Origin: Vicugna vicugna
Lineage: Eukaryota
Length of the DNA: 64,000 nt
Reading direction: 5' to 3'
Assembly: GCA_013265495.1 (NCBI GenBank)
Contig: MU058748.1
Span: 62,001 to 126,000 of the forward strand
The translations under genes and the position numbers were made by a program. Of this stretch, positions 38,490-52,105 are shown piece after piece. The first letter of the stretch is position 1; the number at the start of each line of letters is the position of its first letter. The notes beneath the pieces are model-generated. The model was not told the DNA's origin. It ran no database searches and saw only the letters and a program-made list of their open reading frames with translations.

Positions 38490-38915
38490 ATGTAATAAGG
38501 ATATGGGCATCCTGTAGGGAAACTGCCAAGGGATGGTCTAATAGCCCTGGGATAGTAGCAGAAGGGCACTAGTAGCATCTCTAGTCCTATAAGGGAGAGA
38601 GAAAGACGTTACCAGAACCTGTATATGGAGAAGATTGAGGAAAGGGCTGCTTGACAGGATCCATGACTTTCGGTTAAGCTAGTTAATGTTACCAATCCCT
38701 GAAGGAGGCGGGAGCCAGGAACATAATTACCCAATCTCACTCTTCTCACTCTGTCTAGCCTCCTGTTAGTACTTCCCATTCACTGAACCTAACTGACGTC
38801 AGCACTAGAGGCTGGGAAACAGTTTATTGTATGTACAGCCTCCTGGGTGTGCAAAGTAGGTTTGAAGGAATAGGGATTGGATTTAGAGGGAGAAATGAAA
38901 GATACTGAGCACAAT
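38490..38915. mobile_element. Old MaLR (MLT1-like) LTR
   Basis: GC-richer block containing gttaccagaacct and cctgttagtacttcccattcactgaacctaac, similar to MLT1 LTRs. Confidence 0.5.
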
Positions 38916-39664
38916 AGGAAATCTCCCTACAGTAGGTACTCTCCTCCTTTTTTCTCATGACTGTTCCTAGACTGACAAGAGAATTAATTTTTCTACTTGA
39001 AATATTTCATCTATATATGTATATGATTTTCACTCTCATGACTATCTTCAGTGAGGTCTTGAAAATCCTTATCATTTTCATTTACATGGGTAGAGCTCAA
39101 TGTCCATAAAACAAAATTTAACATATGTATATATCTTTAAAAATAATATATTTGTATTATATATTTAATACATTGTATAATATAAATATTAATCTCAATA
39201 AGCAGGCTCAATCAATATATAGACTTAGGATATACACATACTACTGTTTGTTTTTTATTGTATCGCTGTTCTCAATGGAAGCAGATATACAGTTCAGTTT
39301 GATGGCAATTTCTTTAGATGATAAAGCCTAAACACCTTACTCTAATAGGTTATTGTAAGTTTATTATTTATAAAATAAATTAGACTTTAACATCAACTCT
39401 TCGAGCCAGCTTTACTGACCTATTCATCCCTTACCTATTCATCCTTCCTAAAAACTCACACTTTTTTTCAGGTGAAATTTTTCAGGAAAAGAAAGCAAAA
39501 GTTGGTTACCTGTGGTTTATTTTTAAATCTCGGATTTATTTTAATTGATACAAGTGATTAAATTTTAATAATATTTGTTTAAAGAATTATTTACTGCTTG
39601 CTTTTTCCTTTAATGAAAAATGTGGGTGATGGCAATGCTAATCATAATTTACAAAATTTTATGA

Positions 39665-40058
39665 GTTTTTATGATGAATGAATGCTGAATTTTATCAAAT
39701 GCTTTTTTTTATATCTATTGAGATGATCACGTGATTTTTTGTACTTTTTTTGGTTAATGTGGTATATCACATTGATTTGTGAATGTTGAACCATCCTTAC
39801 CAGGCGGGAAGGGAGACTGGAGGGGTAAATTGGGAGTTCAGGATTTGCAGATACTAACTATATATAAAATAGATAAACAAGATCCTTCCATGTAGCACAG
39901 GGAACTATAGTCAATACTTTGTTATAGCCTATAATGAAAAATAATATGGAAAGGAATATATATAAAACTGGAATATGTATGTATAACTTAATCACTATGC
40001 TGTACATCAGAAATTAAAACGATGTTGTAAACCAACTGCACTTCAGTTAAAAAAGTAC
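39665..40058 (+). mobile_element. L1 3' end (39800-40058) preceded by an antisense L1 ORF2 piece (39665-39800)
   Basis: gaattttatcaaatgcttt...gttgaaccatcctt (antisense) abuts ggggtaaattgggagttcaggatttgcagatac (sense). attttatga lies on both flanks. Confidence 0.75.
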
Positions 40059-40242
40059 ATTTTATGAAGTAAGGCATGGAGCGTGCCAAGAAAATCTCTA
40101 TAAAGGAAACTGTCTCCCGTGTTTTAAGGGAAATTAAGTGTTACTGTTTAGTTACCAGATAACTTCACAAAGAGATCCCATTATTTCCTCAATTTTTGTT
40201 ACTTTATTCCTTTATTACTAACAGCATTTCATAATGTTATTA

Positions 40243-40848
40243 TGTTACTGGGAGAAGGGGAATAAAAGTTACCTCGGTTCTTAGTCACCCCCAAAAAATG
40301 AATTTCTATGGGTGACAGCATGATATAAATAGAAGATTTTATGAGTGAAATAAAAAGGTAGTAAAATATAGTACACCCCTGAGAACTGGGGGCAGGCCAT
40401 TCCAAGAGAGGAAAAATGGTGCTGCTCCTTTGTTTTTCCTGTTTTTATATCCTGGTTTAAGGGGCATTTTCATGATTGATTATTGATGGCTTCCATTCTT
40501 TGACTGCTCAGGCTGATTGACAGCTCACGTTCATTGTGCTCAGGCATGCCCATCTCTTTTACACGTGTTTTTACCCATGATGCACACAGAGAAACCTATG
40601 GGAGAGGCTCAGATTGTAATGTTAATTACATTATAATGAGCACAGGGTCAAGTGAAGCTGGGTCCTTCTCTCTTCTGTACAGCTGCAGCGTTTGATCCTA
40701 GCTGGCTTCTTTGCTGTCCCTCATTTAGAGAAAATAAAAGTTTTTTGGAGCCCCGTTATCCTGAATGCAGGTGTACTGTTATTTTCCGTTGCTCCCTCCT
40801 GCTTCCTCTCCCCTTGCCTGGTGCTCATGTCTATCTAACTGCCTAACA
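40243..40848 (-). mobile_element. Solo ERV1-like LTR (~606 bp)
   Basis: TGTTA...TAACA termini. The minus-strand start TGTTAGGCAGTTAGATAGACATGAGC is ERV1-LTR-like. Near-TSD atta/gtta. Confidence 0.7.
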
Positions 40849-40999
40849 GTTAGAGCAATATATATGATATTCCACTTTTCCTTTTTGTTTAATGTCTGTA
40901 TTTCCCCTAACTCTAAAGAAATCTTTTTTTTTTTTTCCACAGAAGCTATACCATGGAGCTAATTAACATCTTCTTAGTACAGGATCAGCTACTACTAGT

Positions 41000-41220
41000 G
41001 CTGATAACAATCATTTACTTTACATGTAATGTAGATCAGGCACTGTGCCATGTATCCATAGGCAGTAACTCATTCACTTCACATAACAACCCTTTGAAGT
41101 AAGTGCTATGATTATTCCTGTTCTAGAGACAAGGAAATAGAGCAGACGATATAGGTAGCAGAGCCAGACTTAGAACCCACACAGTCAGGTTGTAGATTCC
41201 ACAACCTTGACCACCATTGA
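41000..41220 (-). mobile_element. MIR SINE
   Basis: caggcactgtgcc...taactcattcacttcacataacaaccctttgaagtaagt...gcagagccagacttagaaccc. Confidence 0.7.
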
Positions 41221-42734
41221 AATAAATGTAATTTGCTACCTGGTGACTTCACAAGTAATTCTTTCAAATAGTTGATAAATAACATAACTGGGTATTCAAC
41301 TGTCTGTGTGGCTGCAAACTTAATTTTAAAAAATCGTTGTTCTTCAAGTGCAATCTCTAGTACAAAATCTGAATATTTTATGATGTTGCAAAAACAAGGC
41401 CAGAAAATGTACTAAATAATAAAATATCAATTTTTCTGAAGAAATGTAGATCTCATCACTCAGTTTCCTCTGCTTGTAGTAAGCAAAGAACAAATAACTA
41501 TTCACCGTGCATCTCTGTGACCATCAGTGAGGGAATATGTGTGAAAGTACCTAACGTGACAAATATTTTTAGATGCCTTCTCACTGTGTAATCAAGAACA
41601 ATTGGTAAAAATCAATTTATATTTAAAATAAAATATATGTTATTCATTGTCAATATTGAATACTGTGAATTTGAACCCATTTAAATAACAATTAAAGGGA
41701 CTTAAATGTGAATATTGTAACCATTCATGTTGATTTTAAATACAATACAAACGTAAGTCATTGAGGGGAGTTTCTCGATAGGTTATAGAACATGTATTTT
41801 TACTGTATGAGTGTATTTATATTGAAGAATTGTGATTATAAAATTGCTGGTCTCCAATATATAATCTTCTTCTTATATATGAAATGTATAATGTATGATA
41901 TGCCTTTCATATTGGTATGTTTCCTCCCTGTTAACATTACAACAGAGATGCCTATACCTAATTCTTTTCTTTAATTTAACAGCCAGAAAGCTTAAAAACA
42001 AATTTTAGTTTTAACACTAGTAAAGCATTGGCCTTCATTATCATGGTACTTCTGTCCCACTGTAACCTTGTTTCTGTAGTTTAGATTCTGATTTTGATTT
42101 TCTTGTCTCTACTGTCAGTGTAAATTCCTTCAAATCCTTTATTCAGTAAGATTTTACAATACATAAATAAATACATGTTTATTACAGAGAAAATAAAAAT
42201 AGAGGAAGAACATATAATTCTTGAGATGTAAATTTTTTGACCAAAGTACATCATTCTCTAATCATAACAGCAAAAAAAAATTACCATAGTATAGCATATT
42301 AGTAATAGACATTTATAAATGCAGTCAACCATATGTTTAATCAACTTAAAACACATTTTGAAGGACTTAAACTTTGCTACATAAATGAAGAAGTAATGAA
42401 GTTAGTTATAGACTTTTTGGACACATTTGCCACTTTCTCTAATTAAGAGGATTAGTAATTTTAACATTTAATGCTGCTTTATACTTTCAAAGGGCTTAGC
42501 TCATGAATGATTATAAATTTCCATGGCATCTCTGCAATTATCATTATCCTCAATTTTATAGAAGAGGGGATTGCAGAGGAGAGTTGAGTACTTGGAAGAG
42601 ATTTTGAATCCACAGGGTTTCAGTCAGAAGACTGGTCCAATGGGGTGCCGGGAACTGGTATCTTACATTCATCAAAGAAAAAGAAGGCCAAGTGTATGAG
42701 CACTAATCAAATCATTTAAGGTGCAATATAGGTA

Positions 42735-42970
42735 ATGTTTGAGTTCTGGGGTTTGCAGTCAGTTAGATGAGAGTTCAAATACTAGCTTTGCCACCTGGTA
42801 GTTTTATAATCTTGAGTAAATTATGTTTTGAATCTCAGTTTCCACACCTATTATATAGATAATCATATTACCTATGTCATGGGATTTTGGTACTGGTTTA
42901 ATCATTTGACCCTCTTTGCACAATACTTGAAACACAGCAAGCATTTGATAAAGTTGAGTAATATTATTTT
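42735..42970 (+). mobile_element. MIR SINE
   Basis: gagttcaaatactagctttgccacctggtag...tctcagtttcc...cacagcaagcatttgataaa. Confidence 0.7.
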
Positions 42971-42990
42971 GATGATGATGATGATGATGA
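42971..42990. repeat. (GAT)n microsatellite
   Basis: About 6.7 GAT units. Confidence 0.9.
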
Positions 42991-44081
42991 CCAGACAGAT
43001 TAGGCTGTGGTCAGTCACATAAGAGAGACCTGGATAGAGATCAGAGTATCATGAAAAGGTGGTTTTACAGTATTCTGTGTCTGTGAAGAAAGACGGAGCT
43101 GAGAATCTGATTCCTGAGAGTCTGAGAAAACATGAATTTTTATTAAGAAAATTTTGTTTTTGTGCCCTAAATACCTACCCTGGGAAAAGTGTATGATACC
43201 ATTCCAGTAATTCTGTGAAGCTATAGGATTACCACTTTTCAGTTATTCCCAAAGAGTTACTCATATTGCTAATTGGCTGGTCATAGGAAGGAGGAAAAAT
43301 GACTATAAAAGTTCCGTTAGAAATAGATCACAGAAATTAGTTTATAGTTATTCTTAACAGTATAAATTAATTTGTAGTTATCTACTGTCTGAATGTGCTG
43401 TGATAAGATTTATTTTTCTAAGCAATAAGGGTTTAATGAATTGATGCTGTCCAAACTTTCCAGGAATAATAATAAAACTAGTTATGATTCAAACTATGCC
43501 TTTCAGGTACCTAAAATAATTTATCTACATAAAATTAATCTGCAAATATAATAATCACCTCCATATTTGTAGCCTACATTTGATCAAATTTCAAATAGAT
43601 CCAATTCTGACCTTCAGCAAAATACTAATTATAAACATATGACACCTACAATTATATCTCTATCTATTTTGCAGATGAGAAAGACCAAGTCCTGGAAATT
43701 TAGTTGATATTTTTAATGAGGAAAGTACCAGAATTAAAATTCCAACTCTGGTACTGTTTAAATCACTTACCGTTTACTTTAATTCTCCCACTCATTTGAC
43801 TTAAGTCTCATTTTTAAGATACTAGCGATTGTAAAAATCAGAGAAACCCACCCCATAAAAAATAATGAATGTTGCGTTTATTTTTAGAAAACATGTATAA
43901 ATGTATACATTGTTGCTTTTCAAAAGATATAAAATAGTTTCCAAATTCTGTTATATTATGGTAATTTTTCTGAAAATGTTAAGAAAACTGGATTTATGAA
44001 ATTGATAATAGGGAATTACTTCTGTTAATAGGGTTATGATCAAATAGAACATTCACTTCACAAACTTCAAAAATGAGGACT

Positions 44082-44160
44082 AGTTGACACAACGTTGTAA
44101 ACTGACTATAACTCAATTTAAAAAAGTTAAAAAATAAAACATTTAAAAAGAAAATTAAAA
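44082..44160 (+). mobile_element. Very short young L1 3' tip with A-rich tail
   Basis: gacacaacgttgtaaactgactataactcaatttaaaaaa. Confidence 0.6.
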
Positions 44161-45246
44161 AATATGAACTGATGAGAAGTATTTTGGGTCAGAATGCATT
44201 CTACTGAAGCCATTTAAATTAATGAAACATGAAGATGCAAACTCTTTACATTTGCATAATTTCTCCTGTGAAAATTTTAATCATTGGACTCAATATTTCT
44301 ATTTTACTATAAATATGTGATTGATTCTAGTGCTTGTAATACTCATTATGTTTGCCCTGTGATTAATGTGCAAAATACTCAAGAGTGAATGTAAATTTTT
44401 ATAATTTCATTTTAATCATTATGGACATTCAGAATCTTAGAAGTGTACCTCTTTTCATAATGAAGTAAAGATTGATAATTTATAGGGAATTGTAAATATA
44501 CTTTGATGTTATGATAGTGATGGTAAAATTTATGGAGAAAGAATTTGCGATCCATCACTTACTTCATGATAATTTACTAGAGAGAATTTTAAATGCCTAA
44601 TAATATTGCATGGACATATTGATGCCAATTATACTATTAAAATCTGATATCTACATTCAATTTAAAAGATGATTTTAGATCATTAGTGAAATATTCATCA
44701 ATGACTCTACTCACATCAGCTTATTGGAATCCCCATTCTGGTATAGCTGCTGCCTATGAATTTTCTTGTTTTTTTTAGTGTGTGTGTGTATATATATATA
44801 TTTTATTGAAGTGTAGTCAGTTTACAGTGTCATATTTTCTTAAAATATTAACCATTCAAATCCTTATTTTCAAATGATTAGAGAAGATTTAATAGGTATA
44901 TTTTTGGCTTGTTTATCTGTGGCCCCAGTACTATAAATTCTAGGCTTACCAGATTTAGAAAATAAAAACACATGCCCAGTTAAACATAGTTTCTGATGAA
45001 CCACTAATACATTTTTTCTGGTAAATATATCCCTTATTTTAGTATAAATACATTCCTATATTTTTTTCTGGCCATCCTTGTTAAGGCACGTAACACTCCC
45101 AATTCCTTTTCACTCTTCCAAACTGAAAAAATATATCTGGTTACATCAAGTAACCAGTAGAATCCCCTCACTCCCAGATATCTAAAAATGTCTTCAGAAA
45201 CTGCCGGATATCTCCTGGATTTCAAAGTAGTGCTGGCTGAGTAAAC

Positions 45247-45308
45247 GTGTGTGTGTGTGTGTGTGTGTGTGTATTTATTTATTAAACTTTGTGTGTGTGT
45301 GTGTGTGT
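45247..45308. repeat. Compound (TG)n microsatellites at an L1 tail
   Basis: Two TG runs separated by a T/A-rich spacer. Confidence 0.9.
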
Positions 45309-45309
45309 A

Positions 45310-47293
45310 TTCATTTTTGTTGAGGTATAGTCAGTTTACACTGTTGTGTTAATTTCTGGTGTACAGCATAGTGATTCAGTTATATATATATATTCCTTTT
45401 CATATTCTTTTTCACTATAGGCTACTATAGGGTATTGAATATAGTTTCCTGTACAGTACAGTAAGACCTTGCTACTTATTTATTTTATATACAGTAGTTA
45501 GTATCTGCAAATCTCAAACTCTCAATTTATCCCTTCACTTCCCTATTCCCCCTGGTAGCCACATTTAGTTTTCTGTGTCTGTAAATCTGTTTCTGTTTTG
45601 TAAGTAAGTCCATTTGTCTCATTTTTTTAAGATTCCACATGTAAGTGATGTTATATGGTATTTTTCTTTCTCTTTCTGGCTTATTTCACTTAGTATGACA
45701 ATCTCCAAGTTCCATCCATGTTGTTGCAAATGGCATTATTTTATTCTTTTTTATGGCTGAGTAGTATGCCATTGTATAAATATACCACATCTTCTTTATC
45801 CAGTCATCTGTTGGTGGACATTTAGGTTGTTTCCATGTCTTGGCTATTGTAAATAGTGCTTCTATGAACATTATGGTGCATGTATCTTTTCAAATTATAT
45901 TTTGTTTCTGATATATGCCCAGGAGTGGGATTCCTGGATATAAAGGGTAAGTCTGTTTTTAGTTTCTTAAGGAATCTCCTTACTATTTTCCATAATGGCT
46001 GCACCAAACTACATTCCCACCAACAGTGTAAGAGGGTTTCCTTTTCTCCACACCTTCTCCAGCATTTATTAGTCTGTGGACTTTTGAATGATGGCCATTC
46101 TGACTGTTGTGAGGTGAGATACCTCATTGTAGTTTTGATTTGCATTTCTCTGACAATTAGTGACATTGAGCATTTTTTTATGTGCCTATTGGCCATTTGT
46201 ATGTCATCATTGGAGAAATGATTTTTAGGTCTTCTGCCCACTTTTTGATTGGGTTGTTTATCTTTTTGTTACTGAGTTGTATGAGCTGTTTGTATGTTCT
46301 GGAAATTAAGCCCTTGTCAGTTGCATCATTTGCAAATATTTTCTCCCATTCTATAGGTTGTCTTTTTGTTTTGCTTAGTTTCCTTTGCTGTGCAAAAGCT
46401 TATAAATTCAATTAGGTCCCATTTGTTTACTTTTGCTTTTATTTCTATTTCCTTGATAAATTGCCCTAGGAGAACATTGATAAGATTTATGTTGGTGAAT
46501 GTTTTTCCTATATTTTCTTCTTGGAGGTTTATAGTGTCTTGTCTTACATTTATGAGTTTAAGCCATTTTGAATTTATTTTTGTGTATGGAGTGAGAGAGT
46601 AGTCTAACTTCATTGGTTTATATGTGGCTGTTCAGCTTTCCCAGTGCCACTTACTGAAGAGGCTATCTTTATTTCCATTGTATATTCCTGCCTCCTTTGT
46701 TGAAGATTAATTGACCATAGATTTGTTGGTTTATTTCTGGGCTCTTTATTCTGATCCACTGATCCTTATGTCTTGTCTTTTTTTTATTTGCCAATACCAC
46801 ACTGTTTTGATTATAGTACTCTGTAATATTGTCTGATGTCTGGGAGGATTCTTCCTCCAGCTTCATTCTTTCTTTGGTATTGCTTTGGTGATTCTGGATC
46901 TTTTGTGATTCCATATAAATTTTAGGATCATTTATTCTATTTCTGTGAAAATTGTCCTGGGCAATTTGATAGGTAATTTGATGGAATAGCTTCCTATTTC
47001 TTTAAATCATCTTTAATTCCCTTAATCAATGTTTTATAGTTCTCTGTGTATAAGTTTTTCATCTCTTTGATCAAGTTCATTCCAAAGTATTTTATATTTT
47101 TGTTGTTGCAATTTTAAAAGGGATTGTTTTTTCTACTTTCCTTTTTTGGTATCTCATTGCTGGTGTAAAGAAATACAACAGATTTCTGTTTATTAATCTT
47201 GTATCCTGCTACCTTGCTGAATTCTTTTATCAGCTCTAGTAGTTTTTGTGTGGAGCCTTTATAAAGTTTTCTCTATATAGTATCATGTCATAT
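45310..47293 (-). mobile_element. Lineage-specific L1, 5'-truncated (~2 kb), antisense
   Basis: ORF2 C-terminal translations ([37 protein letters not shown]) with frameshifts. Confidence 0.92.
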
Positions 47294-48949
47294 GTTTAGA
47301 TTTGAGTGGATTTCTTCATTTTGTTTCTAGGGTTTTAGTCTTTTTGTGTAGAAGCACATACACCGAGCCATTTGGACAGATGTCTGGCAAATGTCTTTTG
47401 GCTAAATTTATCTTTTGTTAACACACCTTGACTAATTCAGAAACCAAAATTAAGATATAACGTGCAGTTCATTATTGAAATCAATTGTGATAGCTAGTAT
47501 TTACATTTATGCCCTAAAACACTTATGCCCAGCATAAAAACTTAGCTTGCTAAGATTAAAACATTTCCTTTTTTTTTAGGAAGCAAGCTAATACCTCTCC
47601 CATGACGTTTATGTAGTCAAAGGTTGAAAATAAGATTGAAAAATTTAATATCTATCTGGATAGATATCTACTAATAAAGGCATACTTTTCTGAAAATAGC
47701 TTTTTTCTGTAATAGATTTTATTCTTTTCGTATTACTTGGTTTGAAAATTAATCCAGCTTTGAAAATGATTTTTCTTTTGATTATTTTGCATAGGATCAT
47801 GTGATAAAATGAGCAACAAAACAATCTTCAAAGTCTCTTAGATGGTTACTTTTCTAAAGAGGTTGCTATTTCTATATTTGGCCATTTCTAAAGTCATTCT
47901 TCTTAAATTCTTTTTAGGGTTATAGAGGTCAATGAAAATTATGAGGCCAAAAAATGGTTTATTATGCACATATAAAATATTGTATAAACTTCCAGCACAT
48001 TTTCTGTGTTATGTTCTTTCTGAATGGATGAACTCTCCTAAGTACCTTGAAGAGGTAAGGCTGATACTCAAGTATTGTATTCGATTGCTAACCCAAAGGA
48101 AATTGGTCACGTGTGATTCTGCAAATGTCTAACAATTTTAAAGTGAAATATGTTTTGATGCTTTCAAGAAAAGAGAAACAACATCTTAAAGATAAATGCA
48201 CAATGGTTGCATACACTTGACAACTAAAGAGAAAATGGCAATTGTCAGTTCAAAATATTAACATTTGTTGATGTTTCAGCTTTTTGATTATGAAAGAATA
48301 CTCTGAAGCAATACCTCCTATAGGAGATTTTATTCTAACTATGGATGGCCTTTTTCTTTGGAAATTGCTTATTTATCTTATGTTGTTTCCAGTATGTGGG
48401 TGAATTAATGGCACCATTTGGCTACTACCTCCTCAAACACTGGTGGATAATTTTTTTTCTCCAATTTCCACTTTTATATTTTGCAAATAATTCTATAGTG
48501 GGCATTTTCTGACAGTAAAATTGAACCTGCATAATTTTCTATGAAAGTATTGTCAATCTTTTTTTACCTCTGGTTGTAAGAAAGGGTTATAAGTTCAATA
48601 TATTAATCAAGAAGTATTAGAAAATGTTTGCATTGGAGATATGCAGTTTGGAACAGTACAGCTTCAGCTGTTTCATATACCAGTGAGCTATGTTGTCATT
48701 GGTTATAAGAATCTATTATATCACTAGACTATTTCAGATCAGTACAAGTGGTAGTTATAATGCCCACTGTAATCCTTACAACCAGAGGTGAAAGAAAAGA
48801 GCAAAGGAAGAGCCCTGATTTCTTTAGTAAGCACTCTACATTGAATATGATTTGGAGGAACTATTCCCTTTATCACCAAATGGCTTCCCATTGAAGTATG
48901 TGTAAGAAATAAATACTTTTTAAGTAATAATACTTCCTCTTAAGTTCAG

Positions 48950-49060
48950 TCATTCATTCAGTAGATGTTACCAAAAGCCTACTATTAGTGAGATTCTATA
49001 AAGGGAACTGGAAATATAACAATGAGAAGGCAAATACGGTTCTACCTTCACCAAGTCTGT
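48950..49060 (-). mobile_element. L2 3' end fragment
   Basis: cattcattcagtagatgttacc...gcctactattagtg. Confidence 0.45.
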
Positions 49061-50088
49061 GTAGAACGTACCCTCATAGAGTTTGCAGGGGTTACTTTTC
49101 ACAGAAGCTGCATTTGAGCTAGGCGTATACACTTCTTTACCATTACGTTGTTAGTGCTGTTAAAACTGTTACTATTATATTTTTTTTCTATCTCTTCTCA
49201 TTACAACTACAGAGTTTTACAACTAGTAATAAATAGCACTGTGGAGTTTAGTTGTGACTTGATTCCAAATTTGGGAATTTTAGACATTTGTAAATCTGAT
49301 ATCTAATGATAAGGGAGAAATTAGTTCTTCCTTGAGTTCTACCTGGAAAAGTCTTCAGCTGTCAATAGCAGAGGGTTTAGAAACATACTGACAATTTTTT
49401 TTATGATAGTCATTTGTTCGAAACTTTTTGAATGACTACCATATAAAAGGAAGTTTCTAAGGAGGAGGAGGTTAGTAGATACAGTAGGACTTCTCTTCCC
49501 ATACTCTGCGTCTTGGAATAATGTTTCAGTGAGGTACAAATGGACTTATTCGGAGAAACTATTCCGTGGCTGTTGACAACTTTCTGCGTTGCCTTCTTGG
49601 ATATATGTATTGTACTACTCAAAGAAGTTCTGCAACAAGAAAACTGTGTAATCCATACCTTGCCAAACTCATGACCCAGGAATTATTTAGTGTTACCTAT
49701 GTTAACATTTGAGGGCCCAAGATTGTTTATTGAAACACAAAGTGGAAAACATTGTATAAAATGGACTAGCTTTGAATGCAGTTATTTCATTCTTCTTTGT
49801 ATTGTAGTTAAATGAAAAAGCCTGCAAAGGAGAAATATTTTAAACTATGAGTGTACAGTAAAAATTCCAATATTATATGACTATGAAAGCAAACATTTCA
49901 GTCTAGAGATATAACCATTGCATTTGTTTTGGATATGTCTACTTGAATTAGAAAGAAAAGAGGAATCATTTAACTTAATTTATTTTACCCACTCGGTCGC
50001 TAATGTTATTGAATTTGGCTTTGTACAAATGTTTATACGCTGACACTGGAGAATCTCCCCCACAATTTTACAGTTGAAGAATCTTATT

Positions 50089-50518
50089 GAAAGTCAGTAT
50101 TTTTCTTTCTCTTTCTGGCTTACTTCACTTAGAATGATTATGAGATCGCTCATATGTGGAATCTAAAAAACAAAAACAAAAACAAACAAACAAAAAAAAA
50201 CAAAGCATAAATACAGGACAGAAATAGACTCATGGACAGAGAATACAGACTTGTGGTTACCAAGGGGGTAGAGGGTGGGAAGGGATAGACTGGGATTTCA
50301 AAATTGTAGAATAGATAAACAAAATTACACTGTATAGCACAGGGAAATATACACAAAATGTTATGATAACTCACAGAGAAAAAAAGGTGGCAATGAGTGT
50401 GTATATGTCCATGAATGACTGAAAAATTGTGCTGAACACTGGAATTTGACACAACATTGTAAAATGATTATAAATCAATAAAAATGTTAAAATGAAAAAA
50501 AAAAAGAAAGTCAGTATT
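50089..50518 (+). mobile_element. Young L1 3' end with 5' inversion and 13-bp TSD
   Basis: TSD gaaagtcagtatt (50089-50101 and 50506-50518), an inverted segment at about 50097-50138, and a poly(A) tail. Confidence 0.92.
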
Positions 50519-51619
50519 CACTGGTTGGTAAAACCAAGATTCAAAACAAGATCTGTGTCTGTCTCTGCCTTTCTGCAGTAGTGAAATTTTACCTTTTTGT
50601 AAGTAACAGTAATACCAAAGATATATTTAAAATCTTACAGCAATGTCACATTAAGAAGGATAACATCATATGGTTGGCTTTTTTCATTTAATGATTTTCA
50701 TATGAAACAGTAGCCTATTTGTTAATATATTTAAAATAAATGTGTTATGTTTATCACAATGATGTAGAATAGTTAAAACAGTATTTCAAGTAATTGATTT
50801 CTAGTAACAAATGGAAATATCACAGAACCTGCATTGTTTTGCACAGATGATGGGTCAAACTGTGTGACTGGCAGGATATACCATCAAATAAAAGCATATC
50901 ACACAGTAAGTGTACCTTTCTAGCTTCAGCATTGAAAAGCATACTACTCAGGTGAACATATAATTTGACATTTCATAAGGAAAATATTAATTCTGATTTT
51001 CTTTTCTATAAATTGTTAAAATATCAATGACATTGAAATAAACTATTAGATTTCATTATTTTTGGATATCTCAGCTTTCTAGTGTGGTCATAAAATTCAG
51101 TGGAATCATTGAAGGGCTCAGGGCACTTCTATTTGAGCCAATAGTGTTGAGAGCAGGGGGTTTGAGAACTTTGATCTTGAAAGCTAGATCCAGATGTCTC
51201 ACTTTACTCACAGCTGAATATTTAATAGGCAGTTTTTGCTGTAAAATAAAGGACTAGAACCGATAGGTGATCTACCAATTTCTTTCAAGTACAGCTAGAC
51301 TGCCAGTTGGCAGCTGAATCCTCCTGGCACTTAACTACTTTTACCTTTGTTTTCTTAACATTTTGAAATTTTTGTCATCTACTATTTACTTTGCTCTTTT
51401 TCAGTTATGAAGAAGCAGTAATAGAGAATCTCATTACCTAGACAGCTGCAGACTAATGTTTTCAAAGTATGTTCCCTTGGTGCTATGTATCTTGAAACAG
51501 GTGTTTTTTCTCTTACGCCTCTATTAAGGATGCATTCGTTTCCTCATGTTGCATTATAAAGCAAGTGCAAATTAATAATTACTAAAGTTTCAAAAATCAA
51601 CTTATTGCATCTAAAAAAT

Positions 51620-52105
51620 CAGTGTATTCACCCTAGTTACCTCTCTGATGTCATTTTCTGCTACTCATTCCTTCTTTGCTTCATGCATACCAGTCTTCTT
51701 GCTATTCTTCAAGGACTGCAAGCACACACCGTCGTGGAACGTTTAAATTTCAACCATGTCCTTTGCATGATCATGCTTTTGCCTAATAGCATGCTTTCTC
51801 CCTCACTGCAGTCAGTCCTCTGCTAACACAGAATCTTCACAGAAAGACCTTCATGCTCACAGTACCTGAATTATTACTCACCACCTGCATCACTATTTCT
51901 TCCCTTACTTGTTTTATATTTTATCACAGCAAAAATCCCTATCTCATGTATTCTATATTTGCTTGTTTGTCTCTCCTCATCCACTCCACATTGATTATAA
52001 ACTCCAGAAGAACAGAGTTTTATTTTGTTCATTGCTTTTTCCTATCACCTACAACAGTGCCTGGCATATTGTAGTGACCCTATAGTTATTTTTGAACTAA
52101 TTAAT
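51620..52105 (+). mobile_element. L2 LINE 3' fragment
   Basis: tttattttgttcattgct...acaacagtgcctggcatattgtag...tttgaactaattaatg. Confidence 0.7.

Noticed and set aside
38794..38801. Perfect CRE palindrome tgacgtca
   Set aside because: A single 8-mer inside an old LTR remnant; about one is expected by chance in 64 kb.
49339..49640. Minus-strand ORFs with an acceptor-like site, possible pseudogene fragment
   Set aside because: No recognisable protein, and the flanks look like a degraded hAT DNA transposon.
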